From Ministeria vibrans ATCC 50519 (taxonomy: Eukaryota > Protista > Filasterea): a DNA stretch of 64,000 bases. The position numbers and the translations under genes were made by a program. The stretch's first letter is position 1. Each line of letters opens with the position of its first letter. Of the stretch, positions 12,729-23,447 are shown piece after piece. The notes below the pieces were generated by a model. It worked only from the letters and a program-made list of their open reading frames with translations. It ran no database searches and was not told the DNA's origin. The DNA is taken from NCBI GenBank assembly GCA_943704425.1, contig CALSCP010002418.1:39541-103540 (forward strand). Direction: 5' to 3'.

Positions 12729-14203
12729 CTGCCTGAGACACCTTGTTGACGATAGGAGAGAAAGAGATTGTTGCTGGAGTCGGTAAAGGCCCCCGTCGGC
12801 TCTCCAAATGCATCGATAAAGTATTGGGGTAATTGACCTTGCGTACGACGCTGGTCATCGCTAAGCCAAAGATCGCGCAGCTGATTGGCCAAACATGAAC
12901 CCTGAGGCTGGCGACACTTGTCAGCCAACTGAAATCGAAAGGCTGTGTAGCTCACGCCAATCTTGTTGCACGACAATCCTGACAGATCTACCATCGACTT
13001 GTCAATGAGCATCCAGTCGTAGTGACCTCGGAGTGTTTGCTCGTGTGAAGAACTCGACGTTGTGCCTGCTGTGGTGGTGCCCTGCTGTGGCACAAATAAA
13101 TACTTGCTCAACAGCGAGGGCGGTTGAGCCGCCGGAAGCAGATCTCCAATGTATGTTGCCAAAACACTGCCATCTGCCGTCACACCACCAGTGTTACTTG
13201 GGCCCATATCGATTGTTTCGACGGGCACTCCTATTCCACGATCAATAGTAACGCGCAGGGTAAAACTTCGCTGAGGCGGGCCGATCGAGTACGCCGAATA
13301 CCACAAATTATCAAAGCGCAAGCAGTGCGCCGACTCTTGTGAGCCACTGAAGAGAGCGCAGTACAAGTTGGCGCGTGTGGCCGAGTCACTACTACCAGTG
13401 CCCAGTTGAGAACTGGCAGAGCACGAACAACAAAATCCCTATGAACAGAAAAATACAATAAAAAGCAATCCGTTCGTGAGCTGATGCACTCTGCAACATG
13501 ACATACAGCCAACAGGCTCAGCGGAGTAGCGTGAGGTGTTGTTCACTTCTTCAACTCACCTGACTATCGACTATTTTTGATTGATCAGCGTTTCGGGCAA
13601 AGCCACAGTTTGCTGTGTCCGAATTGAAATCCTCACGGCAACTCGTGATACCAAAAAGCAGTCGAGATGAAACGTGAACGAGTCGCTCAAAGGGCTTATT
13701 GTTGACATTCTACAAAAAGATAAAGTGAAATTTAGACAAATCAACGATTATCTTTGCTCGGCAAACCTGCACGTAAATGAGTGGGTAAAAAATATTCGTT
13801 TCAGTTCGAGTAACGGTGATTCGTAATGGTTGAACAGCCGTCAGCATTGTCCCGTCTGTGTCGGTCGCCTCTGTCACAGTGACTGCCTCGACAAACTCTG
13901 TGGCTCCCTGTAGCATTGCAGCAGAGCAAGATTGGTTTTTTTTTGATAATGTGCGTGTGTCGTCAGGAAAATAAAAAATACAATAAAACAAGGTTTAACG
14001 GGTGGAGAGCATTTAGAAGGGGGAAAGGTGTGTACCTGCCCTCCATTGGTGTTGAGTAAAACAACGAGCTTGCGACTGCACGAGCGTAGAGACTCGTCGG
14101 TCGATCCACTCTGAGTGCACACTTCTAATTTGCTCGACGCCACAACGCCAGCTCGCGTCCAGAGCGGCAAGGCAAGCAACACACTTACAGTAATCAGGTG
14201 CAT
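12729..14203 (-). CDS. HAP2: HAP2/GCS1 gamete fusogen, 5' part (signal peptide, domains I/II, fusion-loop region)
   Basis: Signal peptide then VVASSKLEVC...CSRKLVV, DSQ|GFCCSC...TRANLYCALF..SAHCLRF and WMLIDKSMVDLSGLSCNKIGVSYTAFRFQ...C..PQGSCLANQL (the HAP2-GCS1 motif). Confidence 0.93.
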
Positions 14204-14596
14204 GCAATAGGAAGAAAGATGTGCGGCAGCAGCAGAAGAAGAAAGATAAGATAATAAAATAGAAATATTAAGAAATTGCTATTGCAAGTTCAACTGCTCA
14301 CTTCGACGAACGTTCCTTTTTTTTGGTGCAAATAAATTTTAATTTAACAAAGTGTGTACACAAAAGGTATATTTGGAATGACGAACGAAGTCACTCAGAA
14401 GTGGGTACAGGACGACGGAACATGAATAGTCAAGCTTGAGGCTAAGCTTGAGCTAAAGTTGCAAGATCGGCGTACAGGGTGGCCGTCAAGAGGCACAAAG
14501 AAAAAGCTGGTAGATACACTAGAGAACATTGCCAAGGAAGAGACGGACAAGGTGGTCAACAATTTCGGGAGGCACAACAAAAGGCTGGTAGACAGA

Positions 14597-15775
14597 CTAG
14601 AGAGCATTGTCAAGGAAGAGACGGACAAGGTGGCCGTCTGAGGAGGCCGGGAGGCGGGAGACGGGGCATTGGGCGGTGCGCACCAGGTGTGCGTGGATGC
14701 ACGTGTAGCAGAAGACCAGGCTGGAGGAAGGTCGGATGAGTTAAGCAGATGAAAATGAAAATGTTATGAGTAAAATTTAATAATATTTGGGTTACCCGGA
14801 AACTGTGAGTAGAGTTGGGTTGCGAATTTTTCCTTGGCACAGGGGACAAATGTGTTTGGCGGTGGGAATTGGAAGAGCGCCGGGTGCCATGGGTGGGGGT
14901 GAAGAGGGCGCTGGGATGTCGGCGACTCCCGTGGTCGTGACAAGCGGATTGGAGCCGGGCAAGTCAGTGGGAGCGGGCAGGGAGGGACCGATGGCGGAGG
15001 CGGGTGAACCCCCTGCAAGATCCGCGCCCGACCACCATTGCATGCATTGGAGTGAGAATAGCAATGTCGGAAGAATGGCGCTTGTTGCAGAGGCAACCCA
15101 GTCACTCGAGTGCAGAAGGAGGCGTGTGGGAAAGGAAGCGTGCGTGAGCGCTTCGCTGCGGCGTTGTTGGGAGCGAGCATTCATTGCATCCACCGCGTCC
15201 ACATCCTCCTTGGTTATTCGTCGCAAGTGTTGGCCGGCCAACAAAGATGCAACGGAGCTGGAGGGAGCACGGCCGACGGCAAAGGCGACCAGTAGGACCC
15301 AGTCGAGAACCTCGACAAGACGCAGAGCGAGTGCCAGGAGTCGCCGTGTGCGAGCCAACCAGGGTCGCCCTCGTCGTGTTCTTTGCGCACACCATCTCTT
15401 TAAGCGGTCCAGAGCGTATCGATAGAGGACGCCTGCAAGGACAGCGCGCAGCACATCGCGTGTGTGGTGCAAACGGGCATCTTTGCCACTGTGAATGCGC
15501 ACCAGCGAGTAGAAGTGTTCGGCAAAGGACGCCGAGTATCGGCGCAAGTGAATCCAGTCGGCCAGGCCCATAACGAGGGTGTGCAGTGCACGGGCGTTGC
15601 TCTGGACAAAGAGGTTTGCTGTTGGCGACGTAGACTCGGTGCAAAAGTCAAGCATGTACAAAAGAGCGCCGGGAGTCAGTGCCTCGAGCGAGCGAACTGC
15701 GAGCAGCTCAAAGATGGATGGGCGCTGGCCCGTGGTAACCATGATGCTGCCCACAATGTGAGCAGCCGAACTCAT
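14597..15775 (-). CDS. PEX12: Peroxin 12 (RING peroxin), 2 exons
   Basis: RPSIFELLA and ASFAEHFYSL.R. The RING CPLC...NPT....SG|LVFCYTCI...CPVS is completed by an exon at 14720-14597. Confidence 0.9.
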
Positions 15776-15922
15776 TTTATCAAAAATATATAACTATTAA
15801 GAAAAATAAATAGAAGAAGAATAACCCATTTATTAATGATACAGAAAAACAATAATTAATAGAGAATCAAGATTCAAGAATGTCAAATCAAAACTATAAT
15901 ATACAAAGTCAAAACAATTTTT

Positions 15923-15956
<34 letters not shown>

Positions 15957-15974
15957 TAATACTAAAATATTTTG

Positions 15975-17144
15975 TTATTGTTGATAATTTTTGGTTGCAA
16001 GTGGGCGAATGAGAGTAAAGGTACGCCCGCTACCGTCGGAAGGCTCGGCACCATTGATCAGGTGCGTTGGTTCTCCCGTGTCCTGGTCAAAGAGGAGGTG
16101 CGGGCGTTCGACATGATTAGTATCCGTGGTGCCGTCGTCGTAGTGCACTCGCGAAGTGTACGGGCCCGTCTTGGACTGTGTATGCAACGTCCAATGTACA
16201 GCATCGCGCGAGTGCGCATAGAGCGACACTGGGCCACCCTCTTGATTGTGCACCATCATGTGATAACCGCGATGAGTGTGCCAAAGAAAAGGATCTTCAC
16301 ACTGGTGGGCGGCACGGCCCGGCGAGGGGAAGATGGGGTCGTGAGCGGGTGCCAGAAGGTTGTAGGGACCACGCCAGTGAGGCGCCGAGGCTATCACAAT
16401 GGACTCAAGACCGTTGTGGCAGTAGCCGGCATTCATGGCAAGCAGCACAGAGCCGTTGGGATGAAACACTGGGGACGGATTGGTGTGGGCGCAGTCGAAG
16501 AGCTTCGAGTGCGCCTGGTTGCTCACGTTGAGACGCTGTACCTCCCAGGGACCCTCAATCGACTTGGAATATGCTAGGGCAACCCCACAGCCAGAATTGA
16601 GCGGGTCCGGTCCACACCCGTCGTTGGGAAGCGGCGGATTGGGCGGCGGAAGCGATTGCAACTCGGCGGAATGAGAGAGGGAAACATTACACACTTTGGG
16701 CTGGGTGGTCCAGCCCCCAATGTAGTAGAGGACGTAGGTGCCATCGGGAGCCCGACGAATCGTGGGGTTGTGAGCAAAGGGAGTGAGCACAGTCTGCTCG
16801 TACGCGTAGGGTCCCAGGACGGAGTCACTCGCGACACGCACCACTCGCGAGTTTGTCTTCCACGACGACAGTGGACAATGCTGCGCCATTTCAGCAGCAA
16901 ACATCTGGTAGCGCGTTCCATCAAAGAGAGGATAGCCGCCCCACGAGGCGTAACTGGCGTTGCGGTAACCGCTAGTGCGCGTTGTTGGAAGGATGCGGAG
17001 CACATCACAAATGTCGCCGGTCCAGGCCGCGTCACAGAGGCACTGGGAATCAACACAGTCACCGTTTAGGGAGCAGTCATCATCCGAGTTACACGTGGCG
17101 AACGCAACAGTGACCCATATAAGCAGGAGGGTGAAGGAGCGCAT
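15975..17144 (-). CDS. Secreted EGF-like + five-bladed beta-propeller glycoside hydrolase (GH43/GH117-like)
   Basis: Signal peptide, CSLNG.C....C.CD..WTG..C, SWGG, FAHNPTI, EDPFLW and ERPHLLFD. Single exon from the ATG at 17144. Confidence 0.75.
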   Translation of the reverse strand: MRSFTLLLIWVTVAFATCNSDDDCSLNGDCVDSQCLCDAAWTGDICDVLRILPTTRTSGYRNASYASWGGYPLFDGTRYQMFAAEMAQHCPLSSWKTNSRVVRVASDSVLGPYAYEQTVLTPFAHNPTIRRAPDGTYVLYYIGGWTTQPKVCNVSLSHSAELQSLPPPNPPLPNDGCGPDPLNSGCGVALAYSKSIEGPWEVQRLNVSNQAHSKLFDCAHTNPSPVFHPNGSVLLAMNAGYCHNGLESIVIASAPHWRGPYNLLAPAHDPIFPSPGRAAHQCEDPFLWHTHRGYHMMVHNQEGGPVSLYAHSRDAVHWTLHTQSKTGPYTSRVHYDDGTTDTNHVERPHLLFDQDTGEPTHLINGAEPSDGSGRTFTLIRPLATKNYQQ

Positions 17145-17155
17145 AAAGAAAAAAG

Positions 17156-17212
<57 letters not shown>

Positions 17213-17445
17213 NNNNNNNNNNCCCGTGCTTTTTTTTTTTTTTTTTCCTCCTGTCATCCAATCTGACGATTCATGGGCTTGTCTCGGCCGCTTTGACGCA
17301 CAATGAGCGACACGTGTGTATTTATTGTGAATGGGGGACGGCGCCTGTTGTATAGTGGGCTGTGTCTCCTGTTGTGTGCGTGTCATGTTTTGCATCGCAC
17401 AATGAGCATTTCTCTCAACCGCTCTGCTTCTTCCCGTTCTCTCAG

Positions 17446-19059
17446 GTTGGCTACGTTGTACATGGTCAAACCCAAAATGCTCGTGATGTGTCAGACGTGA
17501 CTCGAAAACGCCGTCGTCGTGGAGAACTGCCGCCTGGTAATGGTTTTAATGCGTCTTGGCATGTCTCGCTGATGCCCCTTTGGCTTTGTTTGTGTTTTAG
17601 CGTACCCCAATGGATGGTTCCGTCTGGTCAACTCCTACGAGCTGAAGAAAGGACAAGTACGTGTGTGTATAAATGTATCGTGTGTTTTTTTTTTGTTTGT
17701 GCCTCTGCTTAACAAGTGCTCTCAGGTAAAGAATGTCGACGCGCTCGGGCAACACTTTGCGGTGTTCCGTGGACACGACGGGGAGGCGGCCGTGCTGGAC
17801 GCGTACTGTCCTCACTTGGGCGCCAACTTGGCAGTGGGTGGCAAGGTGTTGGTGAGCGACGAACACGGCTCGTGTCTGCAGTGCCCCTTCCACGGCTGGA
17901 CGTTTGCCGCCAAGACGGGCAAGGTGGTCAACATTCCGTATGCGGATAAGATTCCCGAGACGGCCAAGACGAAGAAGTGGCCCGCACTCGAGATGAACGG
18001 CACAATCATGGTGTGGTATGATGCAGAGGACCGCGACCCCATGTGGTTTCCGCCTGAGCTCAAAGAGATCACCTCCGGTACCACAAGAGAAAAGTGTCAC
18101 GCCCACAATTCATTACTAATTGGAATTATCAATTCGCAGGACAATGGACATTCCGTGGAATCAGCGAGCACATCATCAACGCACACATCCAGGAGATCCC
18201 TGAGAACGCCGCTGACATTGCACACCTGGACCATGTGCACTCGCCTGCTTTACTAACGGGGACCGATCTGCGCAAGGTAAAAAAAGCGTCCGTCTCGTGT
18301 TTTGTTTGGCTGTGTTTCTTTTTATTTTCTCTCCCTATCACTTTGTTTCTTTCTCTCCTATCACTAATTTTGTTTCTTTCTCTCCCTATCACTTATGTTT
18401 CCATCTTTCTCCCCTATCTATTTCTGTGTTTCTCACGAGCTCACATGTGCTTTGCAGATGCGTCAAGTGGACGGGTCGCGCTCAATGGGATCTTTGTTCC
18501 ACACATGGGATGCGTCGTACACCCCGGGTGAAGGGGACATGTGGCACACGAGCGTACTCAAGCTCAAGCACGGCATGAAGCTGTGGGGCTACCCCTTCCC
18601 TGCCCTCGACCTGCTTGTCACCGCCCGCCAGGTTGGCCCGGGTCTTGTGTACCTCACGTGGGACAGTGCATTCGGCTCGGGTGTCTTCACCCAGAGTATC
18701 ACTCCAATGGGTCCGCTCGAACAGAACCTCCAGCACTGCATTTGGGCGTCGTGGACGGTGCCTAACTGGCTTGCAAAGGTCTACCTGGCCGGCGAGGCTA
18801 TGCAGGTTGAGGTGAGTTTGCGCTGATCTGAAAATATTGCGAAATGCTCGACGAATAACTTATAAATTTTTATTGACGCTTCGTTATATTTTTGTTGTAG
18901 AGAGACGTGATGATCTGGAACAACAAGTGCTTCATCAACAAGCCAATGTTGGTCAAGGAAGATCAGCTTATTGGCAAGTTCCGTCGCTGGTACAAGCAGT
19001 TCTACTCGAAGAACAGTGAGAAGCGCGCAAAAGAATCTTCTGCTCCCTTTGATTGGTAG
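17446..19059 (+). CDS. nvd: Neverland/DAF-36-like Rieske cholesterol 7-desaturase, copy A (exon 2 to end)
   Basis: GELPP|.YPNGW, Rieske DAYCPHLGA...CPFHGW, non-heme Fe motif [19 protein letters not shown]|RDVMIWNNK and [10 protein letters not shown]. Confidence 0.9.
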
Positions 19060-19251
19060 AGAGATATTTACAAAATACAACTTCAATTTTCAAATTTCAA
19101 TTGCCTGTCTCCGCTCCCTCTCGACGCTCCCGTACCTTAGAAAGTTCTGAGATGTTTGTGTTGTCGCTTTTCGTTTGTGATTGATAATACATTGGAAATC
19201 AATTAATCAATTTTACTTTTCACATTATCATTATTATCGTCTATCGGGCAA

Positions 19252-20923
19252 ATGAGCTGTATTCCTGGTTGGATCACGGGTGTGGATGGACACGTGCATA
19301 TGATTTATGCGCAGCGAAGTCCCTTTGTGTCGTCTCAGACAGACACGCCCGCCCTCTGGCCCACTCTCTCGCCCATTGCCGATATCAATAGAGCAGCTGA
19401 ACAGCTCCTTGACGCTCTTGTTGCTTTTCACCTCGCCAAAGCGCGAAGACGGTAAGAAGACGCTTAACAATCTCAAAGATAATAATAATAACAATAATAA
19501 TTATTATTGTATTAATGTTAGTGGTGTGCATTTCTCATTTCTCACCTTTGTAGGTGTGCACAAGTGATGCTTGACGCGTACAGGCGATGGAAAGAATGGA
19601 GAGTACACCCATGCAATAGCGATGCATCGACAGCGGCGTTTGACGTGTCGCAAGAGACGGCAGAAATCAATCGGGCGGTTGTCGTGCCAACGCAACTTGC
19701 TGCCTTTCCGCTTCCCACCCACGTCCGCCAGGCATTGTGTTCCTTGCACACCTCTTCACACCAGTTTCTTCATCGACTTGCGACACTTGAAACATCGCGT
19801 AGTACACCGCCCCTCTCGTCGTTGCCAACTGTGCGTCTGCTGAGCGACAACTGGAGCACTGCCATCCACGAATGGACACAGCTTCAACGTCAGGTAAATT
19901 AAATAATTATACATGCAACGAGGGCTGTATGCATGGCTGCGATTTATTTAGCATGATATATAATATATATATATATATATATTCAACCCTTTTTTGTCAT
20001 AGATCGAAGACGCCGGCTCCAAATATGACTGCTCGAGCAGCAGCCCAACCACGGCTCTTCAACTTTGTCTCAAGGTACCCACAAACACCGTTTTTTATTT
20101 AATTTTGGATAATTAACTTTGTGTGTAGACACGAGATTTTATCGCGAGCTCCTTTCCAACCGAGCCGGGTCTGTATAATAGCGAAAATATTTCGACAAGG
20201 CGACAACTGAAAGTCCGTGTCAGACCAGAGCGCCGTCGTTTAACTCGACTGGTCGCAGAGACACTGATGGACGCAACTGCACTACTCTTTACGGTAAAGT
20301 AGGTTTTTCATTGAAACTAAACTCAACGATTCGTTTTGTTTTGTGTGCAGAGACTTCTGGTGAACAAGATGAATCGCAGTGTGGTGCGCAATGAAGTGGT
20401 CACACTTGCAGTGGTGCATGCAGACGCAGAGCACGCGCAAGAACAGGGGCTTTTGGGCGGCACTGATTTACGACGTTCTAGGGCGCTGGTAGAGCGTGTG
20501 CGTGCATGGACTGTGCGGGCAATGGCGAGTGTGTGTCGCGAGACGCTGCAGGAGTGGTGGCCCAAGGGGGGACAAGTGTGGTTTAAGCGCAGGCGCCCAA
20601 CGACGCATGACCAGCAGCAGTCAAAGGAGACGCACACTCCCAGTGATTATGTGGGAATTCTACTGGAGACGACACTCGAACCACTCTATGAACGCATGCA
20701 CAGGCGCAGTGAGAGTGTATCTGACAATCTGACGCTCGTGACTGAGCTCATGCGAATTTGTATCTCCGAGGTTCTCGTATGCGCTCAGAGCGAGCGAGCG
20801 TACTCAGCAGATGGTCGAGCTCAGCTGCACTGTGACACCAGTGCACTGACCGAATGGGCGCACACACATCGCATTGCTGTGAATGTCACAGAACCCCTTC
20901 AATCATTTCTTTCTCGAATTTAA
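19252..20923 (+). CDS. CCDC142-like protein, multi-exon (start uncertain)
   Basis: P.GG..W.....PSDYVGILLETTLEPL...YSADGRAQLHCD resembles the CCDC142 C-terminus as I recall it (PSEYAGLVVRTVLEPV...FSLQGALQLKQD). Confidence 0.55.
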
Positions 20924-20986
20924 ATCTTAAATGTCCATGGACACGCACAAGCTGCACACTACTGTATCCACGAAGCTTCATTTTTT

Positions 20987-23250
20987 CTACCAGTCAAAGG
21001 GGGCAGAAGACTCCTTTGCGCGCTCCTCACTGTTCTCCGAGTAGAACTGCTTGTACCAGCGACGGAACTTGCCAATGAGCTGATCTTCCTTGAGCAGCAT
21101 TGGCTTGTTGATGAAGCACTTGTTGTTCCAGATCATCACGTCGCGCTATATTGCACACAATTAAATGTCAATATTACGAATGTCAATCATGTTTTATTGT
21201 TCAACTCTCTCAAACTGTGGATTACCTCAACCTGCATAGCCTCACCGACGAGGTATATCTTTGCCAGCCAGTTAGGCACGGTCCAAGACGCCCAAATGCC
21301 ATGCTGGAGGTTCTGCTCGAGCGGACCCATTGGAGTGATGCTCTGGGTGAAGACGCCCGAGCCGAAGATACTGTCCCACGTGAGGTACACAAGACCCGGG
21401 CCAATCTGACGGGCAGTCACATTGAGATCGAGTGCGGGGAAGGCACACCCAAAGAGCTGCATGCCATGCTTGAGCTTGAGCACACTTGTGTGCCACGTCT
21501 CACCCTCGCCTGGTGTGTATGAGGCGTCCCATGTGTGGAACAGCGAGCCCATTGCCCGTGAACCGTCATTTTTGCGCATCTGTATAAATGGGATTAGATA
21601 TTGTTTGTTGCTGTGTTTCATACGTTTCGGAGGTCTGTTCCCGTGAGGAGTGCGGGCGAGTGAAGGTGCTGCAGGTGCGCAATGTCAGCGGCGTTCTCAG
21701 GGATCTCCTGGATGTGTGCGTTGATGATGTGCTCGCTGATTCCACGGAATGTCCATTGTCCTGCGAATTGATAATTCCAATGAGTAATGAATTGTGGGCG
21801 TGACACTTTTCTCTTGTGGTACCAGAGGTGATCTCTTTGAGCTCAGGCGGAAACCACATGGGGTCGCGGTCCTCTGCATCGTACCACACCATGATTGTGC
21901 CGTTCATCTCGATCGAGTGCCACTTGCGTGTCTTGGCTTCCTTGGGAATCTAGGGATCACGCGTACGCGTGTTGAATGAGTGATGTACAAGAGGAAAGTA
22001 TAGTCAAAATACCTTGTCGGCGTATGGAATGTTGACCACCTCGCCTGTTTTGCCGGAAAACACCCAGCCGTGAAAGGGGCACTGCAGACACGAGCCGTGT
22101 TCCTTGCTCTCCAGCACCTTGCCACCCACTGCCAAGTTGGCGCCCAAGTGAGGACAGTACGCGTCCAGCACGGCCGCCTCCCCGTCGTGTCCACGGAACA
22201 CCGCGAAATGTTGCCCGAGCGCGTCGACGTTTTTTGCCTATATCAATTATTAAATTATTGTTTTTATACAATCATTATTATCATTATTAATAGCGGTGTT
22301 GTCGCTTTTTTCTTTTGTGATGAAAATAATCTAATTATTATTACGTTTTGAACATGTATTCTTCTTATTCTTCTACTAGTAAATAGTGGTTTCTGTATCT
22401 CACCTGTCCTTTCTTCAGTTCGTACGAGTTGGCCAGACGGAACCATCCATTGGGGTACGCTACATAAGTATATAATTATGTGAATAATAATAATAATTAA
22501 AATTAATTATAATAATAATAATAATAATTATTATTATTGCAATGAGAAGATGAAACTTATTCGAAAAACAACCTATCTTACCCGGAGGAAGGTCGCCACG
22601 ACGGCGACGTTTTCTCGTCACCTCAGATACATCACGTGAATTTTGAGCCTTGCTATGGACGATGTAGCCAACCTACAACAGCGATGGTGCGATGAGAACA
22701 AAAACTGAAACAACAAGCGGAAAAGTATTTAACCAAACAAGGGAAAAAGAACTCGATAAACAGACTTGGTTCAGGTTTTAAGGTGCATCCGAATGATGTA
22801 GTAAAAATAAGATCAATGGGAAGGATGGCAGTAGGAGTATAGACAAGCAGGCAGGACTACATCACATGCAAGGTTGGCGATTGATCAACGAATGCAAAAT
22901 CGCACTAAGAAATATCTTCGGCTAAAAAGCGATGGGCGAGCAAGAAAACAAGGTGATCGTCTTACATCTTCTTGTTTGCGAGTCCAGAAGAGCGGTTTAT
23001 AGTACCACGACAGAAAGACAAAAAGTGCGAGAATTGCAATCGCAACGCCCGACACGCGAAGAGGCGTCTCGCTTGCCTGCAGCGCAATGCCACGGGCCAT
23101 GTCGACCACATCGGCTGCCAATATGGCCGCTGTGGAGTTGGAGTTGAGCGCCGAGATGGCGTCCTTTACGATTTCTGGCATCGCGGATGATGCGGAAGCG
23201 AAACCCGCGACAAACACCACCAGACGGACGGCACGGAACGCAGAGGGCAT
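20987..23250 (-). CDS. nvd: Neverland/DAF-36-like Rieske cholesterol 7-desaturase, copy B
   Basis: Same Rieske and Fe-binding motifs (CPHLGA..CPFHGW; [13 protein letters not shown]). Complete exon set, ending APFDW*. Confidence 0.9.
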
Positions 23251-23447
23251 TGTGGAGCGTCTATAGGGGATACAGATAACAAGATAAATGACAAAAAGGA
23301 CTGTAAACTTAAGTCTTAAGACTTAAAGGTGTGTGTGTGTGTGTGTGTGATAGACTGACAGTGTGACTGTGTGTGACTCAATAACTCATCCATGAAAAGT
23401 GAAAAGTGAAAATTGAAATTAAAAAATAAACTAATTTCTTTCTCATC

